Assembly (NCBI GenBank): GCA_001793095.1
Contig: MGHG01000011.1
Span: forward strand, 1 to 58,744
Direction: 5' to 3'
DNA: 58,744 nt
From: Candidatus Woesebacteria bacterium RIFCSPLOWO2_01_FULL_39_23
GTDB lineage: Bacteria; Patescibacteriota; Microgenomatia; UBA8517
Numbering within the stretch: position 1 is the stretch's first letter; each line of letters starts with the position of its first letter. The position numbers and the translations under genes are program-made. Shown piece after piece: positions 17,051-25,977 of the stretch. Under the pieces are notes generated by a model. That model saw nothing but the letters and a program-made list of their open reading frames with translations. It was not told the DNA's origin and did no database searches.

Positions 17051-18166
17051 ATGAAAATACTCGCGATAGATACAAGTTGTGACGAAACTTCTGTCGCTGT
17101 CACCGGCGGACTAAATATCTTATCAAATGTTATTTGGTCTCAGGCCTCCCTGCATGCAAAATTCGGCGGAGTTTACCCCTCATTGGCAAAACGCGCCCAC
17201 GAAGAACGAATAGGCTGGGTGATTAATAAGGCAATGACTAATGCTAAATGTCAAATGAAAAATATCAACGCTATCGCTGTAACCATAGGACCAGGATTGG
17301 CAATCGCACTTGAGGTCGGCATCAAAAAAGCAAAAGAATTATCTGCTAAATACAATATACCCTTGATTACCGTTAATCACCTTGAAGGACATTTGTTGAG
17401 CCCGTTTGCTCAACCAAAAAACTCAAAAAAGCAAAACATCCAAAACTCTAAAAAAATTATAAACTCTACGTTATCAAAAGTAACTTTTCCATCATTTGGA
17501 TTGGTCGTATCGGGAGGAAACACGCAACTCATTCTTGTTAAAGAAATTGGAAAATATAAAATTCTTGCCGAGACGCAAGACGACGCATTAGGAGAAGCTT
17601 TGGATAAGGGAGCTAGAATGTTGGGTCTCGGCTATCCGGGCGGCGCAATACTTGAACACATGGCTGAAAAAGGAGGCGCGAAAGTTTATCAACTCCCCAT
17701 CCCCATGTCCGGCAAAGAGAAGGAGCACTATTTCAGCTACTCCGGTCTGAAAACTGCTATGTATCGTTTGATACAAGAACAAACGGCAAAGAACCCCATT
17801 AGAAAGCCGTCTGCTTCTAACGGGGCAGGCGAATTAACGAAGCAACAAATCTATGATCTCGCCGCATCTTATCAAAATGTTGCCTTCGAACACATTACAC
17901 GCGTTACGTCCTCTATAATCTCCCACTACCCATCTACTATCTCCTATCTGCTAGTGGGAGGTGGTGTTGCCGCAAACTCTGAACTTCGAAAACGTATCAG
18001 AAAAATGTGCAGAAAGTTTAATATTATTCCCCTATTCCCTTATTCAAAAAAACTCTGCACCGACAATGCAGCAATGATTGGTGTAGCTGCATATTTTAAA
18101 ACTCAGAGAAAAGAATTTAGTGAAGTTATAACAAAATTAGAACGCATACCGAGATACAAAATCTAA
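17051..18166 (+). CDS. tsaD: tRNA N6-adenosine threonylcarbamoyltransferase TsaD
   Basis: DTSCDETS, NHLEGH, VSGGNT, DDALGEALDK, FSYSGLKT, GGVAAN, TDNAAMI. Confidence 0.96.
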   Translation: MKILAIDTSCDETSVAVTGGLNILSNVIWSQASLHAKFGGVYPSLAKRAHEERIGWVINKAMTNAKCQMKNINAIAVTIGPGLAIALEVGIKKAKELSAKYNIPLITVNHLEGHLLSPFAQPKNSKKQNIQNSKKIINSTLSKVTFPSFGLVVSGGNTQLILVKEIGKYKILAETQDDALGEALDKGARMLGLGYPGGAILEHMAEKGGAKVYQLPIPMSGKEKEHYFSYSGLKTAMYRLIQEQTAKNPIRKPSASNGAGELTKQQIYDLAASYQNVAFEHITRVTSSIISHYPSTISYLLVGGGVAANSELRKRIRKMCRKFNIIPLFPYSKKLCTDNAAMIGVAAYFKTQRKEFSEVITKLERIPRYKI

Positions 18167-18381
18167 TACCCTTTACCAATTGCCCTCGATCTAGCCGCCC
18201 GGGACATCGATTCAAGAAGTTGTGTATTATTATGTGCAATTGCAGCATGTTTCCACAACTTATCCCTCAATTCTTCTGTAATTTCAGCCCCTCTCGCTAT
18301 TTGGGTATTAATTAAATTAATATACGTTTGCCCTGTAGGTGTAGGTTTTCCGCCACCCCTATTAGTACATCTTTCTATCAT
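18163..18381 (-). CDS. Small hypothetical protein
   Basis: 72-aa ORF convergent with tsaD; no motif. Confidence 0.4.
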   Translation of the reverse strand: MIERCTNRGGGKPTPTGQTYINLINTQIARGAEITEELRDKLWKHAAIAHNNTQLLESMSRAARSRAIGKGY

Positions 18382-18456
18382 ATTACGGATTTTCTACACT
18401 TGGCATCTGCAAAATTCAAGTTTGGGTGGTAAAATAGACATCAGTTAAAATATATT

Positions 18457-18675
18457 ATGGAACCGAAACCGGGAAGAACTCCAGAAGACGAGGCCTTGAA
18501 ACAACTCCAAAGAGATGAGATGCAATACAGCGTTGATAAACATCCCCATGTACCAAGGGGTCGTCATAACCACAGTCGTTATCATAAAAGAGGTAGGCAA
18601 GCAATTCTTTGGACAGACAAACCAGATATATACGGCGTACACAGAAGGGGCCCTTCATACGAAAAGTGGTATTAA
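18457..18675 (+). CDS. Small hypothetical protein
   Basis: 72-aa ATG ORF ending 5 nt before the likely valS start. Confidence 0.4.
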   Translation: MEPKPGRTPEDEALKQLQRDEMQYSVDKHPHVPRGRHNHSRYHKRGRQAILWTDKPDIYGVHRRGPSYEKWY

Positions 18676-18680
18676 TATAC

Positions 18681-20945
18681 ATGGACAAGATATATAACCA
18701 CAAACTTTACGAGGAAAAGATTTACGAGTTGTGGGAAAAATCCGGTGCCTTTATAGCAAAACGCGACCCCAAGAAAAAGCCCTACACAATTGTACTACCA
18801 CCGCCCAACGCCAGCGGGAGAATGCACACGGGCAATGTCTTAATGATTGCAATAGAAGACTTACTGATCCGTCGGAAAAGAATGCAGGGGTTTGAAACAT
18901 TGTGGATTCCCGGTACTGACCATGCTGGTTTTGAGACTCAAATAACCTACGAGCGAGAATTAAAGAAAGCTGGAAAGTCCCGTTTTGATTTCGACAGAAA
19001 TACATTATATAAAAATATTGAAAACTTCGTTTTTAAAAATAAGAATTTGATTGAAAAGCAAATCCGAAACATGGGTGCCAGTGTAGATTGGACTCGGTAT
19101 AAATTTACCTTGGATCCGGATGTTGTTAATACCGTAACAGCAACCTTTCAAAAACTTCACAAAGATAAACTCATATACCGTGATAATTATTTAGTAAATT
19201 TTTGTCCAATTTGTGGCACAACCTTTGCCGATCTGGAAGTTAAACACAAAACTCGCACCGACCCATTATATTACATCAAATATCCCTTAAAAGATTCTCA
19301 TGATTTTATTGTTGTTGCGACCGTTAGACCGGAAACTATGTTTGGCGATGTGGCGATTTCTGTAAACCCGAAAGATAAACGTTATAACAAGCTTATCGGA
19401 AAAACAGCACTACTCCCGTTAACGAAACGGGAAATTCCCATAATTGAAGATTTTATGGTTGATATAAATTTCGGAACCGGAGCGGTAAAGATAACTCCCG
19501 GTCACGATCCCAACGATTTTCAAGTTGCAAAACGCCACAACCTCACAACCATCTCAGTTATCGATATTAACGGTAAAATGACACTCCCCAGCGACGCGGA
19601 TTATAAAAATATTGATGGGTTAACTGTTAACAAGGCTAGAGAAAAAACGGTACAGGAATTAAAAGAAAAAAACTTGATTGAAAATATTGATAATACTTAC
19701 GAACACTCGGTTGCTGTGTGTTATAAGGGTGGCCATGACATAGAACCGACGATATTGCCCAACTGGTTTGTTAAAGTTAAAACCTTAAAAGAACCAGCCC
19801 ATGAGGTAGTCAAAAAGGGTGATGTGAAGATTTATCCGAAATGGCAAGAAAGTAAATATCATAGATGGATGGAAAGTATGCTTGATTGGCCAATTTCAAG
19901 ACAGGTTGTTTGGGGTATAAGAATTCCGGCATGGTATTCCGTTATCGAGAATGAAAATTTGTTTATTACATTTTTAAATAAAGGCAAAACAGAAGCGGGT
20001 GATGTAAAAAGTCTACTTAAAAAGTATGCGTTTAAAGAAATTGAAAAGGGACTACAAACCCTTATCGCGCCACAAACTGCAAAATATGTCATTTCTAACA
20101 ATAAACCCGGAGACGATTTCTTACAGGAAACTGATACATTTGACACATGGTTTTCGTCAGGTCAATGGCCGCTCGTTACGCTGGGATATCCTAACTCTGA
20201 TGATTTTAATTATTTCTACCCGACCGATGTATTAGAAACTGCTTGGGAAATACTTAGGTTGTGGGTCTCAAGGATGATCATGTTCGGTATTTACTTAACA
20301 GGTAAACCTCCCTTCAAAGATGTTTATCTGCATGGAATTGTACGTGCTCTTGATGGCAAGAAAATGAGCAAAAGTTTAGGAAATGTTATTAATCCGGAAG
20401 AATACCAAGATGAATTTGGTACTGACGCCTTAAGAATGGGGTTGATAAGCGGCACAGCCAACGGTAAAGATTTTAATTTTCCTCGAGATAAAGTTTTAGC
20501 ATACCGTAATTTCGCAAACAAAATCTGGAACATCGCAAGATTTATTCTCATGATGTTTGAAAGCAAAGAAATTGAAATCCCTTTTTTCTCGGAAGTGATG
20601 TTAGATAAAATCACAAATTCTGATAGGGACATACTTAGCAAAATGGAAAAAACTATAACGAACGTTGATCTATCGTTGAATAAATATAGATTCGCCGAAG
20701 CGGCTGACTTTATTTATCACTTTATTTGGGATGATTTAGCGTCAAATTTTCTTGAGACGTCTAAACAAAGGTCTGATAAAAATATTTCACTTAGCGTGTT
20801 AAGACACGTTTATCTTACTTCCCTTAAATTATTGCATCCGTTCATGCCGTTTATTACAGAGGCAATTTGGGGAGAATTAAAAGACTTAAGAAAATACCCA
20901 GACGAACTTCTTATTACGGCAAAATGGCCAAATAAAAGTAGCTAG
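18681..20945 (+). CDS. valS: Valine--tRNA ligase (short form, no C-terminal coiled coil)
   Basis: PPPN..G..H.G, PGTDHAG, DW.ISRQ..WG, DTFDTWFSS, KMSKS. ATG 18681 (MDKIYN) preferred. Confidence 0.97.
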   Translation: MDKIYNHKLYEEKIYELWEKSGAFIAKRDPKKKPYTIVLPPPNASGRMHTGNVLMIAIEDLLIRRKRMQGFETLWIPGTDHAGFETQITYERELKKAGKSRFDFDRNTLYKNIENFVFKNKNLIEKQIRNMGASVDWTRYKFTLDPDVVNTVTATFQKLHKDKLIYRDNYLVNFCPICGTTFADLEVKHKTRTDPLYYIKYPLKDSHDFIVVATVRPETMFGDVAISVNPKDKRYNKLIGKTALLPLTKREIPIIEDFMVDINFGTGAVKITPGHDPNDFQVAKRHNLTTISVIDINGKMTLPSDADYKNIDGLTVNKAREKTVQELKEKNLIENIDNTYEHSVAVCYKGGHDIEPTILPNWFVKVKTLKEPAHEVVKKGDVKIYPKWQESKYHRWMESMLDWPISRQVVWGIRIPAWYSVIENENLFITFLNKGKTEAGDVKSLLKKYAFKEIEKGLQTLIAPQTAKYVISNNKPGDDFLQETDTFDTWFSSGQWPLVTLGYPNSDDFNYFYPTDVLETAWEILRLWVSRMIMFGIYLTGKPPFKDVYLHGIVRALDGKKMSKSLGNVINPEEYQDEFGTDALRMGLISGTANGKDFNFPRDKVLAYRNFANKIWNIARFILMMFESKEIEIPFFSEVMLDKITNSDRDILSKMEKTITNVDLSLNKYRFAEAADFIYHFIWDDLASNFLETSKQRSDKNISLSVLRHVYLTSLKLLHPFMPFITEAIWGELKDLRKYPDELLITAKWPNKSS

Positions 20946-20973
20946 TAGTATGTAGATAGTAGATAGGGAAATA

Positions 20974-21663
20974 TTACTTGTCTTCTGTTTGAGGGGTGCC
21001 TTCTTTAGATTCTCCCTCGGCTGGGGTTTCGCTACCTTCGGTGGGAACTGCTTCGCCTTCAGTTGGAGTTTCGGGAACCTGAGCTACTTCAACCGGTTCT
21101 TCTTTTTGTACTTCTATTTTGGCAACTATTTCTTCGAGGTCAATTTTTACCTCTACTTTATCCTTATCGTATTTCAAGTCCTTTATCAAAATTGCATGGT
21201 CTACATCTACCAATGAGCTTGCGTCGACCTGAATATTCTCAGGAAGGTCTGTAGGCAATGCTTCTACTTCAACTTCATCGATATATTGAACAAGTGTTCC
21301 CAAGCCCTGTTTTTCTGCTGGTGACTCGCCGATAATTTCAAGCGGAACATCAGCGGTAACTTTTTTCTTAAGATCTATCTTTAGAAAATCAACATGGATA
21401 TGACTATCCTCTACCGGATCAACTTGGACGTTGTGAATTAATACGGGTATCGCGCTCTTTTCACTATCTAACTCCAAATCAACAACTCCCGTTGCACCTG
21501 CTTTTTCTAAAACACCTGAAAACGCTTTCCCATCAACGCTGACTGCTACAGATTTAAAACCAGTACCATATATATTTCCCGGAAGAACACCCGCTCTCCT
21601 CAGTTTCTTCACTTTCCTACCAAACTCACTTCTTTTATTTACTTTTAATGTTACTTTATCCAT
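20974..21663 (-). CDS. rplY: 50S ribosomal protein L25 / Ctc (long form)
   Basis: KKLRR.G.LPGNIYG, HNVQVDPV....HVDF, VPL...GE, LPENI.VD. Acidic tail. Confidence 0.93.
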   Translation of the reverse strand: MDKVTLKVNKRSEFGRKVKKLRRAGVLPGNIYGTGFKSVAVSVDGKAFSGVLEKAGATGVVDLELDSEKSAIPVLIHNVQVDPVEDSHIHVDFLKIDLKKKVTADVPLEIIGESPAEKQGLGTLVQYIDEVEVEALPTDLPENIQVDASSLVDVDHAILIKDLKYDKDKVEVKIDLEEIVAKIEVQKEEPVEVAQVPETPTEGEAVPTEGSETPAEGESKEGTPQTEDK

Positions 21664-21805
21664 ATTATTTTTTACTTAAACTTCAGGTTACTTTAACCGT
21701 GGTCCTCAAGACCTAGTTTTGTATTCTACAGTAAAAAGGAAAAATAGGGAAGTATATGAATTTTTAAAAACGAGTAAATTTTGTACTCTCTAGGACGTGA
21801 AACTT

Positions 21806-22228
21806 TTACCTGTTTTCATCCAACCTTATATTTACTTCACTGTCCGCAATTTTATTCATGGTTCTCGGGATATGTTTGTATTCGATATTTTTACCGATAG
21901 ACCTTTCAATACTTTTAATTTCTTCCGCAAGTTTTTTTAATTTAATATTTTTAATGCGAAAGTTTCCCCCCAACTGCTTAACCACCAACTCCGAGTCCAG
22001 GTTAAAAATTATCTTTTCGACGTCTTTGAATAAATTATTTTTATAAATATAATTTATTGCTAAAAGAACCGCATAGTATTCCGCTACGTTGTTGGTTGTT
22101 ACTCCAATAAATTTTGACCGACGCGACATTTCATTGCCATCCTTGAAAAGAATAAAAGCTGAAGCCGCTGGTCCGGGGTTGCCCCTAGCGCCACCGTCGC
22201 TATAAACGGTTATCTCACTTTTCATCAT
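21806..22228 (-). CDS. rnhA: Ribonuclease HI
   Basis: YSDGGARGNPGPAA, TNNVAEY, DSELVVKQ, HIPR..N..AD. Confidence 0.9.
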   Translation of the reverse strand: MMKSEITVYSDGGARGNPGPAASAFILFKDGNEMSRRSKFIGVTTNNVAEYYAVLLAINYIYKNNLFKDVEKIIFNLDSELVVKQLGGNFRIKNIKLKKLAEEIKSIERSIGKNIEYKHIPRTMNKIADSEVNIRLDENR

Positions 22229-22700
22229 TAGAAGTTATTACTAAATATCTTTCTTTCCCCTCCCCAACCGATTCGGTTTTAACACCCTCAACAGTACTTA
22301 AAAATAAATGTATCACTCGTCTTTGTGCGGGGGTCAGGTTATAAAGATTTTGTGGTTCTTTAGTCTCCTTAGCTCTTGTCGCAGCTAATGTTGCCAGTTC
22401 TTCCAGTCTAGCATTTTGTTTTTCCCGCCAATCAGCAACGTTAACCAATACTCTATGCCATTCCCCGCTCTCTTGTCTTAAGGCAAGCGATAAAAAAGTT
22501 TGCAACGCACCAACCGTTTCTCCGGCCTTCCCAATTAAAAGACCCGCTTCCTCCACTGCATTAATCTCAACGCTAAACGCGTCGTTTGCTTCATCAAAAG
22601 TAACCTCGGCTTTAGTCTTAATTCCAAGAAGCGTGAGTAATTTGCCGGCCAAGTCCTGACATTCTTTTTTTAAACTTTCCTCTGTTTTAGTTTTTATCAT
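22215..22700 (-). CDS. jag: Jag/KhpB RNA-binding protein (KH + R3H)
   Basis: LLIGK.GET..ALQ, RR.IH, ES.GEG..RY. Confidence 0.85.
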   Translation of the reverse strand: MIKTKTEESLKKECQDLAGKLLTLLGIKTKAEVTFDEANDAFSVEINAVEEAGLLIGKAGETVGALQTFLSLALRQESGEWHRVLVNVADWREKQNARLEELATLAATRAKETKEPQNLYNLTPAQRRVIHLFLSTVEGVKTESVGEGKERYLVITSNDEK

Positions 22701-22703
22701 TTT

Positions 22704-23522
22704 TTAACTTTCCGATTTTAACAGACCAACTCTTTTAATAAAAGGGGTTAATCCTCCCCAACCCTGGCTAGTATATTGTTGTTGGGCTTGGAGTAATGAA
22801 AATATTAACCAATATATTGCCAGTCCCGAGGGAAACCGCAAACCGATAAAAAGGGTCATTAAAGGGAACGTATAAACCATCGACTGCTGCATGGCCACTT
22901 GAAAATCGTCTGTGCTTTGTTTTGTTTTCATAGCAATCTTCTCCTCTTCCTTAATGAACGGCATCGAAATCTTGGCTGAAATAAATTGAACAACGGCTGC
23001 CAGAATCAAAATTGGTCCCGGTAAACTTAGCGGCGAAAAGGGTAATTTAAAAACATCCGGTTTTTTAATATCTAAATACAAAAATTTTGTATTGAGTGCT
23101 TGTCCTTCCTGAAATTGAAGTGGTTTATATAGAATTTTATTGAAGGCTTGAATCGAGTCTGTATTCGGATACAGAGTTCTGGAAAAAACATTAAAGAATG
23201 CTATTAATACAACAATCTGTAAAAGATAAGGGATGCAACCGGCTCCCGGATTTATTTTCTTTTGTTTGTAAAGCTCGGCCTGAGCTTGTGCCAATTTCAT
23301 TTTATCCCCTGCGTGGCGCTTTTTAAGTTTCTCGAGATGTGGCGCTACCTCTTTCATTCTTTTCATTGACTCCATATAAGGCTTCGTCAAAGGAGATAAA
23401 ATAAATCTCAAAAATACGCTAAAGCCAATTATGGCCAATCCCATGTTTTGGCCAAGTATTTTGTAGAATAAAATCAGGCCGTTAGCCAAAGGTTCTATCA
23501 GGAGCGTTGTAAAGGGATTCAT
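22704..23522 (-). CDS. yidC: Membrane protein insertase YidC
   Basis: GLAII...V..R, P.AGC.P.L.Q, P.GL.IYW. Confidence 0.92.
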   Translation of the reverse strand: MNPFTTLLIEPLANGLILFYKILGQNMGLAIIGFSVFLRFILSPLTKPYMESMKRMKEVAPHLEKLKKRHAGDKMKLAQAQAELYKQKKINPGAGCIPYLLQIVVLIAFFNVFSRTLYPNTDSIQAFNKILYKPLQFQEGQALNTKFLYLDIKKPDVFKLPFSPLSLPGPILILAAVVQFISAKISMPFIKEEEKIAMKTKQSTDDFQVAMQQSMVYTFPLMTLFIGLRFPSGLAIYWLIFSLLQAQQQYTSQGWGGLTPFIKRVGLLKSES

Positions 23523-23532
23523 AGTAAATAAA

Positions 23533-23763
23533 CTAAAGATTGGGTACCGGATCGAAATAAGAAGAATTATTATAAGAATGACATCTTAAAAAGCGTAAGA
23601 TGGCAAGTTTACCTCCGATCAAAATACCGTATCTCTCAACCGCCTCGGTGGCAAAAGAAGAACAACTGGGGTTAAATCGACACGCTGAACCGAAAAGTAC
23701 TCTCCCAATGGGAGAAAAAAACGTTTTATAGATTTTGAGTAACCAAATAATAATCTTGTTCAT
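23533..23763 (-). CDS. yidD: Membrane protein insertion efficiency factor YidD
   Basis: CRFNPSCS.FA.EA...YG...G, R.LRCH, DPVP. Confidence 0.92.
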   Translation of the reverse strand: MNKIIIWLLKIYKTFFSPIGRVLFGSACRFNPSCSSFATEAVERYGILIGGKLAILRFLRCHSYNNSSYFDPVPNL

Positions 23764-24113
23764 TTATTTTTTTTGTAGAAAACCGAATCTCTTATAAAGG
23801 CGTCCATTTCTCTCATAATGTTTTCTGCGGTTATGCGCTCCAACGTCGGTTTGGCGAGAAAAACAATGTCGTAGCCCCCCTGAATCCTGTTTAAATTATG
23901 TCTTAACGCATCTCTAAAGGCTCGCTTAATTCTGTTTCGCTGTGTAGATAATTTAGATATTTTATTAGATACTATCAGGCCAAATCTTGGATACCCGTCA
24001 TCTTCCCTTTTTAAAACTGATGCTCCAAAATTCTCGCTCTGGTAGAGTTTTCCTTCTTTCTTTACTCGGTCGTAGTCTTTTTGACCTTTAAAGCTATATA
24101 CATCGGCAATCAT
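23760..24113 (-). CDS. rnpA: Ribonuclease P protein component
   Basis: RFGLIVS.KI.K...RNRIKR (RNR motif), DIVF. Confidence 0.92.
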   Translation of the reverse strand: MIADVYSFKGQKDYDRVKKEGKLYQSENFGASVLKREDDGYPRFGLIVSNKISKLSTQRNRIKRAFRDALRHNLNRIQGGYDIVFLAKPTLERITAENIMREMDAFIRDSVFYKKNK

Positions 24114-24132
24114 ATCAAAACGGAAATAATGT

Positions 24133-24273
24133 TTACAATGAAATATTTTTTCGGCCTCGTTGTCTTCTTCTTTTCAGTACCAGTCTCCCTTTTGCAGTTT
24201 TCATTCTTCTTAAAAAACCGTGTCTTTTGATTCTTTTTATCTTACTTGGTTGATATGGTCTTTTGGTAGACAT
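24133..24273 (-). CDS. rpmH: 50S ribosomal protein L34 (46 aa, absent from the ORF track)
   Basis: [46 protein letters not shown]. Confidence 0.95.
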   Translation of the reverse strand: MSTKRPYQPSKIKRIKRHGFLRRMKTAKGRLVLKRRRQRGRKNISL

Positions 24274-24352
24274 ACGAATGTAGTTTACATAAACCTCACT
24301 CAAAAAACAACACGCACCTTATGGCTTTCGGTCTTTTTAGGGGTTGACTAAT

Positions 24353-24361
24353 TGTGGATAA
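24353..24361 (-). promoter_or_regulatory. DnaA box upstream of dnaA
   Basis: TGTGGATAA, the reverse complement of TTATCCACA. Confidence 0.75.
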
Positions 24362-24379
24362 CTTTGTAAATAAATCGTA

Positions 24380-25744
24380 ATGGATATCGACACAAAAATG
24401 CTCTGGAATGAGATTTCCGAGTCCGTAAGGGTTTCGGTATCCTCAGCTATATTTTCGACTTGGTTTTCTCAAACCTATATATCTGAGCTTAAAAAAACAG
24501 GCAGCAGATATCTCGCTGAGATAGGTTGCTCTTCCTCATACGTCAAGTCTACCTTAGAGCTAAGATATTACGGACTCATACAAGACCTTCTCACAAAATC
24601 ATTAAATTATCCTTGTGATTTGTCGTTTGTCGTAAAACAAAAAATTCGGGAAAAGGAAGATGTGTCTATCATCGCGCCGCTTTTCCAGGAACATAAAGAC
24701 GATTCAGTTGTCGAAAATGCAATGGTCGGAGCAAAACTAAGGCTTAATTTTACTTTTAAGAACTTCGCCGTATCTTCTTCTAACCAAATGGCCTGGGCGG
24801 CGGCGGAAGCGGTATCTAAAACACCAGGGTCTGCTTATAATCCGCTCTTTATCTGGGGCGGGGTAGGGGTAGGCAAAACCCATCTGATGAGTGCGATCGG
24901 ACACACTGTTTTAGAAAAAAACGCCGATGTCAGTGTCTATTTTACAACAGGTGAGGGCTTTACAAACGACATCGTGGAAGGCATCAGAAATAAGACAACC
25001 CAACGCTTCAGAGACAAATATCGCAGACTACATCTTTTATTAATCGATGACATCCAATTCATTGCGGGTAAAGATGCGGTACAGGAAGAGTTTTTTCATA
25101 CTTTCAATGCCTTGGTTGCGACAGGGGGACAGGTCGTCTTAACGTCCGATCAACCCCCCTCGGAAATATCGAAACTTGAAGAGCGGTTACGAAGCAGGTT
25201 TGAGGCTGGGTTAATTGTTGATATTTCACCACCCGATTTTGAACTTCGGTGTGCAATTTTACAGATCAAAACCAAAGAACGGGGAATGGTCCTTGACGAA
25301 AACATCGTCCACCTTATTGCGGGCAATCTTGACACTCCTCGGAAAATCGAGGGTTTTATAGTTAAACTAATGTCTGAGATGAATATAAAAAAATCAGAAA
25401 TAACCGAGGATTTGATTGGGACACTTCTCGGAAAAGGGGAGGGTGACAACGGCCAAAAACTAAAAGCTACACCGAGTGAGGTTATTAATGCCGTTTCTAA
25501 ATATTACTCGCTAGGGAAACGATCACTCCTTGGTTCTTCTCGGGCTAGGCCGGTAGCACGACCACGTCAACTCCTAATGTACTTACTTCGAACGGTACTA
25601 TCTTTACCCCTTGAAGAGGTCGGAAGAGTTGTGGGAAATCGTGATCACACAACGGTTATGCATGCTGTGGAAAAGATTACCCAACTAGCCTCAAACAGTG
25701 TGCAAATCCGTGAGGATTTACGGGGGATAAAAAATCTTATTTGA
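24380..25744 (+). CDS. dnaA: Chromosomal replication initiator DnaA
   Basis: YNPLFIWGGVGVGKTHL, LLIDDIQF, RL.SRF, RDHTTVMHA. Confidence 0.98.
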   Translation: MDIDTKMLWNEISESVRVSVSSAIFSTWFSQTYISELKKTGSRYLAEIGCSSSYVKSTLELRYYGLIQDLLTKSLNYPCDLSFVVKQKIREKEDVSIIAPLFQEHKDDSVVENAMVGAKLRLNFTFKNFAVSSSNQMAWAAAEAVSKTPGSAYNPLFIWGGVGVGKTHLMSAIGHTVLEKNADVSVYFTTGEGFTNDIVEGIRNKTTQRFRDKYRRLHLLLIDDIQFIAGKDAVQEEFFHTFNALVATGGQVVLTSDQPPSEISKLEERLRSRFEAGLIVDISPPDFELRCAILQIKTKERGMVLDENIVHLIAGNLDTPRKIEGFIVKLMSEMNIKKSEITEDLIGTLLGKGEGDNGQKLKATPSEVINAVSKYYSLGKRSLLGSSRARPVARPRQLLMYLLRTVLSLPLEEVGRVVGNRDHTTVMHAVEKITQLASNSVQIREDLRGIKNLI

Positions 25745-25977
25745 GTATAACTATATTAATCCCTCCACTTATCCACCAAATACCAAGGTTTATCCACAAA
25801 TATATCCACAGTTCATCAAGCTCACTGTAAACATTACACTATGAAGCTACATACGCTGGGATATCCACTTATCAACACCGCCTACTACTAGTACTACTTA
25901 TTAATATAAGAACATACAAAGTCCTCCCAAAAAGAGGAAAATTGATAAATGAAAATATATTGAGTATACTCTGGTGA
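25745..25977. other. oriC region between dnaA and dnaN
   Basis: DnaA boxes TTATCCACC 25769, TTATCCACA 25790, ATATCCACA 25802, ATATCCACT 25861, TTATCAACA 25869, then a CTACTACTAGTACTAC trinucleotide run and an AT-rich tract. Confidence 0.85.

Noticed and set aside
18609-18680. 24-aa N-terminal extension of ValRS in the ORF track
   Set aside because: It overlaps the upstream small ORF; MDKIYNH at 18681 matches normal ValRS starts.
25742-25744. Alternative genetic code (TGA = Gly/Trp, as in Gracilibacteria/Absconditabacteria)
   Set aside because: TGA terminates dnaA, the tsaC-tsaE fusion and other conserved genes at the expected positions, and long genes are open under table 11.
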